From: a bacterium
Lineage (GTDB): Bacteria; UBA8248
Direction: 5' to 3'
Assembly: GCA_022825065.1 (NCBI GenBank)
Contig: JAJDYR010000011.1
Coordinates: 42,840-106,839 of the forward strand
Length of the DNA stretch: 64,000 nt
The notes beneath the pieces were generated by a model. The model searched no databases, had not been told where the DNA came from, and saw only the letters and a list, made by a program, of their open reading frames with translations. This document shows, piece after piece, positions 44,401 through 52,869 of the stretch. Within the stretch, counting starts at the first letter, position 1; every line of letters starts with the position of its first letter. The translations under genes were made by a program, and so were the position numbers.

Positions 44401-44727
44401 TCAGGCCGAAACGCGGTAGATACTCTTTTGCAGGTTTCCGGACAAGACGGCGACTACTTCGGGGACGAGGGGCTGTAGCTCCTGCAGCCGATTCCGGTGA
44501 GCGATCATGATGATGACGGGAAGCGCCAGCCCGACGAGGTTCTGCTGGTATTCGATGCCCTGATCGACCGTGAGGAAGGCGTCGAATCCATGTTCGGCTG
44601 ACATTCGCAGCAAATCGCCGTTTTTAGCACCCGCCCAGCCCATCTGCTGTACGGTGCGCACTTCAAATGAATCGGAGAACGAAGAACCGAGCCGCCTGGG
44701 AACCGACTCGTCAAGCAGCAGTTTCAT
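44401..44727 (-). CDS. DUF5615-family PIN-like protein (putative toxin)
   Basis: MKLLLDESVPRRL... 108 aa, overlapping the upstream DUF433 gene by 17 nt. Confidence 0.7.
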   Translation of the reverse strand: MKLLLDESVPRRLGSSFSDSFEVRTVQQMGWAGAKNGDLLRMSAEHGFDAFLTVDQGIEYQQNLVGLALPVIIMIAHRNRLQELQPLVPEVVAVLSGNLQKSIYRVSA

Positions 44728-44935
44728 CGGCGCCGCTAGTGAGCATCCCCTTCGCGCGTTCGAGCGCTTCGAGCGCCTGCTCTCGCGACACCGTCGGGAA
44801 GTCTTCCAGAAAATCGTCGAGCCTGTCGCCCGCTTCGAGATGCTCCATCAGGGTGCGCACGGGAACCCTGGTGCCCGAGAAAACCGGCGTCCCGCCGAGG
44901 ATATCCGGGTTTCTCTCGATTAGCGTATCGGACAT
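44711..44935 (-). CDS. DUF433-domain protein (putative antitoxin)
   Basis: Start MSDTLIERNPDILGGTPVFSGTRVPVRTLMEHLEAG (ATG at complement of 44933-44935), the DUF433 signature. Confidence 0.7.
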   Translation of the reverse strand: MSDTLIERNPDILGGTPVFSGTRVPVRTLMEHLEAGDRLDDFLEDFPTVSREQALEALERAKGMLTSGADETAA

Positions 44936-45144
44936 CGCACACTCCTTGAACACCGCGCAAGAGTGAGAACCAAAAGGCGCTGACAATTTTTATTCTTCAC
45001 CAAACCTCCTCCCTGCACAACTGCCGCCAAAGAAAGACATCTAACGCGAGCAGCAGCTTGAAGGCCGTCGCGGTTCCAAAAATCCGCGTTTCATCGGAGA
45101 ATGGGCCATTCTCTCGAAACCCGAATCCCGAAAGGAGCGAAGCC

Positions 45145-45789
45145 GTGTCCCGCGTACCCATGCTCGAATCAGGCGCCGACGACCCCGTCGTGAACCACCT
45201 CTTCGACCACGCGAGCGTCCTGCTGAACCGAATCCCCAACGCCTGGCGCGTGATGGCGAACCAGCCGTTCATCACGAAATTCATGCTGCCGCTCACCTCA
45301 TCGCTCCTGCGCCAGGGGCTGGGCTCGGCCCTCGACACGAGGACGAAGGAGCTCGCCATCATCAACACCAGCCGCCTCAACAACTGCGCCTACTGACTGG
45401 CGCACAACACGCCGGTTGGTCAATCGGTGGGCATCACGGAGACGGATATCGCCGCCATCAGCGAGGGCGACTACAGCCCTTTCACCGAGAAAGAACGCGC
45501 CGTCCTGCTCTGGGCGGAACACGTGACTCTCAACACGGCCAGGGAGCGGGACGACGTTTTCGAGGAGGTGAAAAAACATTTCAGCGACACGGAAATCGTG
45601 GAACTCACCATGGTCATCACCTACTTCAACATGAGGAACAAGTTCAACGACGCGCTGGGGATTCCCATCGAGGCGCAAGATGAGATCGACAGGAACAAGA
45701 TTCGACAAAAAAATCCCGACGACCTGAAGGCGTATCTCGAAGCCCTGCTCGCCGACTGGCCCGATGAATTCCCCGAGGCGGGAAGCTGA
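45145..45789 (+). CDS. AhpD/carboxymuconolactone-decarboxylase-family protein with in-frame UGA (candidate selenocysteine at 45394-45396)
   Basis: GTG at 45145 follows aaaggag. Track ORFs 45058..45396 and 45427..45789 are in the same frame, separated only by TGA. Reading through gives ...KELAIINTSRLNNCAY[TGA]LAHNTPVGQSVGITETDIAAI..., so the TGA sits at the second Cys of the family's C-x-x-C motif. Confidence 0.65.
45410..45429 (+). promoter_or_regulatory. Candidate bacterial SECIS hairpin
   Basis: CGCCG-GUUGGUCAAU-CGGUG (5-bp stem including one G-U pair; the loop contains GGU), starting 13 nt after the UGA. A second possible stem, CUGGCG/CGCCGG, lies directly after the UGA. Not folded computationally. 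Confidence 0.3.
45765..45786. repeat. 22-bp direct repeat, copy A (3' end of the AhpD-like gene)
   Basis: tgaattccccgaggcgggaagc is identical to 46151-46172. Similarity extends about 7 nt further left, with mismatches. Confidence 0.85.
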
Positions 45790-45870
45790 GGCCGATCTTC
45801 GCAAATGGTGATAGAACACGTAATCTGTTACAAGATGGAGAATTACCTGAGGCGGCTATAAGGGCGGACT

Positions 45871-46086
45871 ATGAAACTTCATTATTATCCCGAAACCGAT
45901 AGCCTCTATATCGAGTTCAGAACCGAACCGGGGACAGAGACACGCGAAGTTTCCGACGGACTCAATGTGGACATCGCCGCCGATGGTGGCGTGGTCGGCT
46001 TCGACATTGACCACGCGTCGCGGCGGATCGACTTATCCACACTGGAAACCGAAGCACTGCCTCTTCACTCCATAAAAGCCGTCTGA
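45871..46086 (+). CDS. DUF2283-domain protein
   Basis: MKLHYYPETDSLYIEFRTEPG.ETREVSDGLNVDIAADGGVVGFDIDHAS matches the DUF2283 pattern. Lower-GC segment. Confidence 0.7.
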   Translation: MKLHYYPETDSLYIEFRTEPGTETREVSDGLNVDIAADGGVVGFDIDHASRRIDLSTLETEALPLHSIKAV

Positions 46087-46150
46087 TATATGGCGCGGAA
46101 ATCGAACACCCTCAAAATCACTGGTCCATGAAAAAGCCTTCCGGACCCGG

Positions 46151-46172
46151 TGAATTCCCCGAGGCGGGAAGC
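46151..46172. repeat. 22-bp direct repeat, copy B (immediately upstream of the amidohydrolase start)
   Basis: tgaattccccgaggcgggaagc followed by ggcgcATGAcg. Confidence 0.85.
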
Positions 46173-46177
46173 GGCGC

Positions 46178-47524
46178 ATGACGAAAACGCTCATCCGAGG
46201 CGCGACGATTCTCTCGATGGACCCCGACGTCGGGGAGATCGAGGGCGGCGACGTCCTGATCGAGAACGGGCTGATTTCCGCGGTGGGTGAAAACCTCCCG
46301 GAAGCGGACGCGGAAACCATCGACGCCGGCGGCATGATCCTCCTGCCCGGCCTCGTCAACGCCCACATGCACACCTGGCAGACCGCGCTTCGAGGCCTGG
46401 GCGGAGACTGGGGCGGTCGCAGCTATTTCGAGATCGCGCACGAAACCCTCGCCCCGCGCTACCGCCCCGAGGACGTCTACATCGCGACGCTGGTGGGCGC
46501 ATGGGCGCAGATCGAATCGGGAACCACGACGCTGTTCGACTGGTGCCACAACAACCCCACCCCCGAACACACCGACGCCGGCATCGACGCGCTGTTCGAC
46601 GCCGGCATCCGCGCCCTTTTCGGGCACGGAACGCCCAAGCCGAAGCCCAAAGAGGGCGAGCCCCACTATTCGCTAATCCCGCATCCGGCGAGCGAGATCA
46701 AGCGGCTGCGGACGGGACGCCTGGCTTCCGATGACGGCCTCATCACGCTGGCGATGGCCATTCTGGGCGCCGACTATTCCCCCCTCGAAGTGGCGCTTCA
46801 CGACATGCGCCTGGCGCGGGAATACGGGCTTTTATCGAGCGCCCACATCTGGGGCGACGCGAGCAGAAAGGTGAAGGGCGGCTATCAAACGCTGGCCGAA
46901 GAGGGCGTTCTCGGCCCCGATCACAACCTCGTGCACTGCAACTACGTGGACGATGTGGAGTTAAAGATCATCATCGACTCGGGCGCCTCCATCACGGCCA
47001 CCCCTTCGGCCGAGATGCAGACGAACCGGGGCGAGGCCGTCTGCGGGCGCGTGAGCGCGTTGGGCGGCAGGCCGTCTCTCGGCGTGGATCTCGAGACCTA
47101 CGTCAGCGGGAACATGCTCCACGCGATGCGCCACGCGCTTCAGGTACAGCGGATCTTCGACAACCGCCGCCTGGATGAGAACACCTACCGCGCTCCCGCG
47201 CTTTCTTTCTCGGCGCGCGACGCGCTCTCGTGGGCCACCATCAACAACGCGCACGCGATGGGCATGGCGGAGAGAATCGGCTCGGTCACGCCCGACAAGC
47301 AGGCCGACCTCATCCTCATCCGAAAAGACGGCCTCGCCATGACGCCCGCAGGAGACGCAGCCCGCGCCGTCGTCTTCTATGCCGAGCGCTCGGACGTGGA
47401 TACCGTCTTCATCGCCGGCGAGAAGGTGAAGGCGGGCGGTGAGCTGCTCGTCGAACCGGGTAAAATCGCCAGGGCGAAGGAGCGGCTCGCCGAATCCGCG
47501 CGCTGGATCACGGGAGGAGATTGA
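46178..47524 (+). CDS. Amidohydrolase-superfamily protein (chlorohydrolase/aminohydrolase subgroup)
   Basis: MTKTLIRGATILSMDP...GDVLIENGLISAVG....IDAGGMILLPGLVNAHMHTWQT (HxH metal motif). 448 aa. Confidence 0.85.
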   Translation: MTKTLIRGATILSMDPDVGEIEGGDVLIENGLISAVGENLPEADAETIDAGGMILLPGLVNAHMHTWQTALRGLGGDWGGRSYFEIAHETLAPRYRPEDVYIATLVGAWAQIESGTTTLFDWCHNNPTPEHTDAGIDALFDAGIRALFGHGTPKPKPKEGEPHYSLIPHPASEIKRLRTGRLASDDGLITLAMAILGADYSPLEVALHDMRLAREYGLLSSAHIWGDASRKVKGGYQTLAEEGVLGPDHNLVHCNYVDDVELKIIIDSGASITATPSAEMQTNRGEAVCGRVSALGGRPSLGVDLETYVSGNMLHAMRHALQVQRIFDNRRLDENTYRAPALSFSARDALSWATINNAHAMGMAERIGSVTPDKQADLILIRKDGLAMTPAGDAARAVVFYAERSDVDTVFIAGEKVKAGGELLVEPGKIARAKERLAESARWITGGD

Positions 47525-47770
47525 AGCGGAGATGGACGTCATTCCCGACCGCGGAAGAAGGATTGCGCAGGGACGGACCTCCGCGTGGTCCTGAACAAGA
47601 AGGTGCGGTCCGCGAACAGGCAGAACGTCGGGAGACAGACGCGGAGGCCGACCCTACGCAATGTTCACAACAGGATGGCCAAGAGCCGCTCTTCAAAGGC
47701 GGGTGGTAGGTGTCCCAGTGTCAACACCCCGAACTATCCTCATTTGAGTCATTCAAGAGTGGAATAAAAA

Positions 47771-48247
47771 TCACCCGCTCTTACACTTCTGCCGAACCGC
47801 TTGATTGGCCAGAGTTTGTAGTTTCGCCCATTCCTGACCTAACTTCGTTATTTGACTGATGTCTGGTAACCCTCGACTCTGAATCTGGCCATAAAGCGAT
47901 TTGCCACTCGTCATCATTCTTGAAATCTGTGTTTTGAGCTTCTTTTCCTCTCCACTCTGACCGAGTGTATTGTGCAGAATTGAGACTGATTTAGAGAACT
48001 CATCAAAAGCTTTTTGGGCTGTTTTTGCATCGGAGTTTTCGAGCGCGATGAGAGCTTGGAAGAAGTGAATGCCGACACGAGCATAAGAGGTTGCTATTTT
48101 CTTGCCTGTGATTTCCTCTTGTATGGATTTTTTTTCAGAGCAACATGGATCACATATCAACCAAGCGGACGTTATCCCAGGTGAAATCAGCATTCCGAAC
48201 ATCATTAAGATTGAAGACAGGACAATAATATGTTGGTGTAGTTTCAT
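47771..48247 (-). CDS. Hypothetical secreted helical protein
   Basis: Low-GC ORF. N-terminal hydrophobic leader MKLHQHIIVLSSILMMFGMLISPGITSA. No recognisable motif. Confidence 0.45.
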   Translation of the reverse strand: MKLHQHIIVLSSILMMFGMLISPGITSAWLICDPCCSEKKSIQEEITGKKIATSYARVGIHFFQALIALENSDAKTAQKAFDEFSKSVSILHNTLGQSGEEKKLKTQISRMMTSGKSLYGQIQSRGLPDISQITKLGQEWAKLQTLANQAVRQKCKSG

Positions 48248-48612
48248 TTGTTCTTATCCTCCGGTGAAGTTGAGATTGATATTGACCTCCCTTGAAACAT
48301 TGATTTAAAGTATATTACATTAAATCATAGTGAATGCAATTAAATCTTTCATTGCTCTCTAAATCGCATTTTTCCATGCAGACTTTAACGGAACTTGTGA
48401 GGAACAACTCGCCCGACAAATCTAGTCAGAGATGTGGGTTAAGTGAGGGTTATTGACGATATGGAACAACCGTGAATCAGTCGATTCTGCCCGTCCGAAA
48501 ACAAGCGCAACGGCCTGTATGTGCAGAAATTTCAGTCAGGACTTTCTATGAGATTTTAGAAGAGGTTAGAGAATCAGAGGGCGTGAAACCCCTTATCGTC
48601 GATGCTCAACCA

Positions 48613-48906
48613 TCACCCCCCGTTATTCCGGGCGCCGCGTCTGCGTCCATCGCCACTGCGTCCGCTGCGCCAGCGGGTGATGTGGATGACCAGAACGACG
48701 AGGGCGTCTTCCTGCACTTCATAAATCACACGGAATTCGCCGACGATGAGCCGCCTGAGCCCCCGCTCCTCTCCCTTGAGCGCACTGCCAAGCAAAGGGT
48801 TATCCGCCAGCCGATCGATAGCCTCGACAATTCGCGTGCGATCCGCCTGTTCGAGGCGTTTCAAGTCACTGACAGCGCTGCGTTTAATTTGTATCGAGAA
48901 ATTCAC
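48613..48906 (-). CDS. RelE/ParE-family toxin
   Basis: MNFSIQIKRSAVSDLKRLEQADRTRIVEAIDRLADNPLLGSALKGEERGLRRLIVGEFRVIYEVQEDALVVLVIHI... The C-terminal tail (TRWRSGRSGDGRRRGARNNGG) is atypical. Confidence 0.7.
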   Translation of the reverse strand: MNFSIQIKRSAVSDLKRLEQADRTRIVEAIDRLADNPLLGSALKGEERGLRRLIVGEFRVIYEVQEDALVVLVIHITRWRSGRSGDGRRRGARNNGG

Positions 48907-49105
48907 GCCTTACCTGATCCCAGTCGAGCACCGGATCGTTCGGGTCGCGCAGCCGATCCACGGCTACCGAAAGATCGTCGAATTCTTCTAGATAACGCTC
49001 GATCGCCTGACGGATGATTTCTGCCCGGCTCCGCTTGAGCCGGTTCGCCGCCTCATCCAGCGCATCGACCACCTCATTGGGCAAACGTGCGGTGATTTGA
49101 GTCAT
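48884..49105 (-). CDS. Ribbon-helix-helix (CopG-like) antitoxin
   Basis: MTQITARLPNEVVDALDEAANRLKRSRAEIIRQAIERYLEE. Overlaps the toxin start by 23 nt. Confidence 0.75.
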   Translation of the reverse strand: MTQITARLPNEVVDALDEAANRLKRSRAEIIRQAIERYLEEFDDLSVAVDRLRDPNDPVLDWDQVRREFLDTN

Positions 49106-49205
49106 GATGCTCCCACCTCAATGTGATGTCAAATACATTACATGCTGGCGGCTTTTGAGTCAACAATAAAATATGATCACTCTATCATCCTACCAGCCCA
49201 CCACT

Positions 49206-50666
49206 TCAATATCCATCATCCCCGTAATCGCCCGGCGTGGGGGTGGCGCCTGTCTGGGCGTTTTCGATGACGTGGTCGCGTCCGCCGAGGCGCTCGATGA
49301 GCGCCGCCTGATCGCGCTTGGCGCGCGCATCCACCTCTTCGGGGTCGAGAATATCGCGCAGGGCTCCTTCGAGTTCACGGATTGCCGCCTCACTCCCCGG
49401 CTTTCCGGCGAGGTCGTCCTGCTCCTCGGGGTCCGCTTCCAGATCGTACAACTCGGGCGGATAGTCCACGTAGTGGATGTATTTCTTCCTGCCCTTGCGG
49501 ATGAGGTAGGCCGCCGTCTCCGCACCCGAGGCGTGGTATTCGCTGAATACGACCCGTTCGGCGTCATAGGGCGCGCGGGCGACCCCGTAGAGCGAGCGGC
49601 CCTCGCGGCTCTTGTCCTCATCATCGGGCGCAACGCCCACCGATTCGAGGATGGTGGGATACAAATCGAGCAGGGATACGGGCGTATCCACCACCGCGCC
49701 CGCTTCTATATCCGGCCCGGCCATCATGAGCGGTACGGCGGCCGATTCCTGGTACATCGTGCCCTTGCCCCAGGTGCCCCGCGCGCCCAGGTTCTCGCCG
49801 TGATCGCTCGCGAAGACGACGCGGGTGGAATCCGCGAGGCCCGCGCGCTCAAGGCTCTCCAGCACGCGGCCCACCAGGTCGTCCAGGAACGTGCAGAGCC
49901 CGAAGTAAGAGGCGATGGCGACGCGCCTCTTTTCATCGTCGAAAAAGCTGTCCGAAGGCACGTATCTGCGGTACGCCTCTATCCACGGATGCGGCGGGCG
50001 GCCGTCGAGCGCGTGGGCTTTCGGCATGGGCACGGCGTCTGCCGGGTACATGTCGAAATACTTCTTCGGCGCCATGAGGGGGAAATGGGGCGAGACGAAG
50101 GAGACGAACGTCATCCAGGGTTTCCCGGGGCCGCCATGTTTTTCCGCCTCGTTCTCCAGCCACGCGCAGGCGTTCCCGGCGATGTCCAGGTCGTAGTTCG
50201 TATAGCTCGTCTCGCCGGGGCCTATCTCGCGCGCGAGCTTGTCCGCCTTCTGGACGATCAACTCATCGCGGATGGAAGCCACCGGGCCGCCCACCCCGCC
50301 GCGCGCGTGCATGGGAATGATTTGCTCGTCGAAGCCGGTGGGGTCGGACGGGTTTTTGAAGTGCAGCTTGCCGATAGAGGTAACGCGGTGACCCTCGGCC
50401 TGCAGACGATGCCCCCAGCCCTTCGGCTCGCCCGTATAGGGGCTCGCGTTGTCCCAACAGCCGATCTCGTGCACGTAGCGGCCCGTGGCGAAGCTCGCCC
50501 GGGCGGGAATGCAGATCGGAGAATTCGTATAGGCGCCCGTAAACCGCGCGCCCGAGGCCGCCAGGCGGTCGATGTTCGGCGTCTTCACTATCGGGTGGCC
50601 GTAGCAGCCGAGCGTCTTGACGCTGAGTTCATCCGCCATGATGACGAGCAGATTCATCGGTTTCAT
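49206..50666 (-). CDS. Sulfatase (Cys-type, formylglycine-dependent), no signal peptide
   Basis: MKPMNLLVIMADELS...NSPICIPARASFATGRY carries the C-x-P-x-R maturation motif. 486 aa. Confidence 0.85.
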   Translation of the reverse strand: MKPMNLLVIMADELSVKTLGCYGHPIVKTPNIDRLAASGARFTGAYTNSPICIPARASFATGRYVHEIGCWDNASPYTGEPKGWGHRLQAEGHRVTSIGKLHFKNPSDPTGFDEQIIPMHARGGVGGPVASIRDELIVQKADKLAREIGPGETSYTNYDLDIAGNACAWLENEAEKHGGPGKPWMTFVSFVSPHFPLMAPKKYFDMYPADAVPMPKAHALDGRPPHPWIEAYRRYVPSDSFFDDEKRRVAIASYFGLCTFLDDLVGRVLESLERAGLADSTRVVFASDHGENLGARGTWGKGTMYQESAAVPLMMAGPDIEAGAVVDTPVSLLDLYPTILESVGVAPDDEDKSREGRSLYGVARAPYDAERVVFSEYHASGAETAAYLIRKGRKKYIHYVDYPPELYDLEADPEEQDDLAGKPGSEAAIRELEGALRDILDPEEVDARAKRDQAALIERLGGRDHVIENAQTGATPTPGDYGDDGY

Positions 50667-50720
50667 CGCAAGGTCTCTCTCATTGCTTGGTGAATAAGTC
50701 AGATATAAGCGGTGTTCGCC

Positions 50721-51617
50721 TTACATATGCGGCCACACCGGGTCCGTCCGGTTGCTCAAGGGCCCCGAGGGGTGTTCTTCGAGATAATCGTAGATGTTGC
50801 CGAGCCCTCCTTTTCTGAGCATGGTGAGGCGCTCGCCCAGGTGATCCATGCTGCTGAGTTCGGTCTCGTACACCTCGAACACCTTGTCCTGCACCTCTTC
50901 GCGACTGAGGCCATCGTTCCTGAGAACCCTCACCTTATCTATAAGCTCATGGAGCTTCTCGCGCTGGCGGGGTATCTCGTCCTTCCGGCAAGGCCTGCCG
51001 TGCCCGGGCACGTACCAGTCCACGTCCAGGGCTTCGAGCACGCCCAGCGACTGGAACCAGCCCCACACGTCGGCGGAATGACAGGCCACGTTGAAGGCGG
51101 GCGTGAGGTTGTCCGCCGTGAAGGCGACGCGGTCCTCCACCGCGTGGACGACCGTCTGCCCGCGCGTGTGGCCGGGGGATTCGATGAGGATGAACGTCCT
51201 GCCGCCCAGGCGAATCGTCATACGCCCCTTGTAGGTGATCTCGGGGGGCCTGAGTTCGAAGCCCTCCAGCATGGCCTCGTTCTCGGGGTCGTACTTGAGC
51301 ATGCGCTCCTTGCCCTCTTCGGGCGTGGCGATGGAGGTGTAGAAATCCGCATAGGTGATCTCGCTCGAAATGATCCGCTCGGGCTCGAGGAACCAGTTCG
51401 CCGCGATGTGGTCCTGGTGGTGCTCCGTGTTGACGAGATAGCGAAGCGGGCCCCTCTCGGCGATGAAATCGCGCCATGCGATGGCTTCCGAGGGTCGCAT
51501 GGGGCCGTCTACCGCGATGACGCCGTCATCCGTCACCACCATGCCCACCGTGGGGTAGCAATCATAAAAAAAGACGTTTTCGCTTACCTGCTCCAATGGC
51601 TCATCCTCCAGAATCAC
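50721..51617 (-). CDS. MBL-fold metallo-hydrolase
   Basis: EHHQDH metal motif (LVNTEHHQDHIAANW). I trimmed the start to GTG at complement of 51615-51617, because the upstream part of track ORF 50721..52064 overlaps the next gene in another frame. The start is uncertain. Confidence 0.7.
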   Translation of the reverse strand: MILEDEPLEQVSENVFFYDCYPTVGMVVTDDGVIAVDGPMRPSEAIAWRDFIAERGPLRYLVNTEHHQDHIAANWFLEPERIISSEITYADFYTSIATPEEGKERMLKYDPENEAMLEGFELRPPEITYKGRMTIRLGGRTFILIESPGHTRGQTVVHAVEDRVAFTADNLTPAFNVACHSADVWGWFQSLGVLEALDVDWYVPGHGRPCRKDEIPRQREKLHELIDKVRVLRNDGLSREEVQDKVFEVYETELSSMDHLGERLTMLRKGGLGNIYDYLEEHPSGPLSNRTDPVWPHM

Positions 51618-51637
51618 ATTCGACAAGATAATCCCGC

Positions 51638-52522
51638 TTAATCGCTCAAGCCCGCCTCGCGCTCGAACCACTCGCGTATGACGCCCTGATCCAGATCGCC
51701 CAATCCCATATCCATCGCGCCCTGGTACGCCTTCCCGACCGCGTCGATCACCGGTGAGGGTGCGCCGTTCGAGCGGGCGAACTCGCGGATCAGCCCCAGG
51801 TCCTTGTGCATGAGGGAGAGCGCGAACTTGACGGGTTCGTATTCCTTGTTCCTCAGGCCCCGGCCGCGCGTGTTCATCACGCGAAAGACGGTGCTCGAAT
51901 AGAGGTATTCCATCATCTGGTCCGGGTCCAGGCCCGATTTCAACCCAAGGGTGAAGCCCTCCGCCAGGGCGCACAGCTGGGCCGAGACGAGATGGTTCGT
52001 GATGAGCTTCATCCGGAGTCCCGATCCGTTGGGGCCGAAATAATCGAGCAGCTCGCACGCGCAATCGAGCACCGCGCGGTGCGCGTCCAGAACCTCCTTA
52101 TCGCCCCCCACCATGAAGCCGATTTTCGCATCGCGCGCGATCATGGCGTTTCCGCTGATGGGGGCGTCCAGAAAATGAAAGCCGCGGGCTGAGGCCTCTT
52201 CGGCGACGGCGATGCTCTCCTCGGGCAGGATGGTGGAGAAATCGAAACACACCGCGCCTTCCTTTGCGGTGAGCAGCGCGCCCTTCTCGCCCAGATAGGC
52301 GTCGCGCACGTGCTCTCCCCTGGGCACCGAACTGCACACGTAGTCCGCCTCACGGGCCGCATCGGCGGGAGAACCGAAAACGGGGATGCCGGCCTCTCTC
52401 GCCGCCTCCTGCACCGCCGGATTCGGGTCGTAGCCCACGACCTCGAAGCCCGCTCTTTTCATATTCGCGGCGACGGCCCCGCCCATGTTGCCGAGTCCCA
52501 GGAATGCGATTTTCTTAGCCAA
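51638..52522 (-). CDS. NAD(P)-dependent beta-hydroxyacid dehydrogenase (3-hydroxyisobutyrate dehydrogenase family)
   Basis: MAKKIAFLGLGNMGGAVAANMKRAGFEVVGYDPNP... 294 aa. Confidence 0.9.
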   Translation of the reverse strand: MAKKIAFLGLGNMGGAVAANMKRAGFEVVGYDPNPAVQEAAREAGIPVFGSPADAAREADYVCSSVPRGEHVRDAYLGEKGALLTAKEGAVCFDFSTILPEESIAVAEEASARGFHFLDAPISGNAMIARDAKIGFMVGGDKEVLDAHRAVLDCACELLDYFGPNGSGLRMKLITNHLVSAQLCALAEGFTLGLKSGLDPDQMMEYLYSSTVFRVMNTRGRGLRNKEYEPVKFALSLMHKDLGLIREFARSNGAPSPVIDAVGKAYQGAMDMGLGDLDQGVIREWFEREAGLSD

Positions 52523-52610
52523 GCTACCTCCTCCTTAAGGGGCTGCCTGAAAAGTCCCATGGAGCGACTTTGATTGAGCGTACGCTTTTGAAGTTCACTT
52601 CCCCCTTGAG

Positions 52611-52868
52611 GGGGCCGTTGAAAAAGTCCTTCTCATCTCAAAGGAGCAACCCCCCCTACCCCCCCTTGTCAGGGGGGCAAGAAAAAGCAAAACCCCTCGG
52701 CCCGGTGGGGGCGCATCACCTTTTTATCCTCATGACAAGGGGAGCAAGAAAAAACAAACAAAAACCCCTCTACCGGCGGCGGGCGTCGCCTTTTTATACC
52801 CCCCTGACAAGGGGGGGGGTAGGGGGGGGGTGCCTTTATCCCCTGACGAGGACTTTTTCAACAACCCC
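52611..52868. repeat. TIR-bounded mosaic element E11 (C7TAC7 core 52646-52833 with two tandem inner modules)
   Basis: ggggccgttgaaaaagtcc ... gactttttcaacaacccc, with outer arm cacttcccccttgaggggg. Ends 1 nt before the stop at 52870. Confidence 0.85.
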
Positions 52869-52869
52869 C

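Noticed and set aside
45058-45789. Annotating 45058..45396 and 45427..45789 as two separate small genes
   Set aside because: They are in the same frame, with only a TGA and 30 nt between them. The second ORF has no RBS, and the two halves together make one complete AhpD/CMD domain with the TGA at the CxxC cysteine. Read-through (Sec), or failing that a single nonsense pseudogene, explains the data better.
50721-52064. The full 447-aa ORF for the MBL hydrolase
   Set aside because: Its first roughly 150 codons overlap the well-supported HIBADH gene (51638..52522) in another frame and translate to Arg/Gly/Pro-rich junk. The MBL domain begins near VSENVFFYD, so I trimmed the start to 51617.
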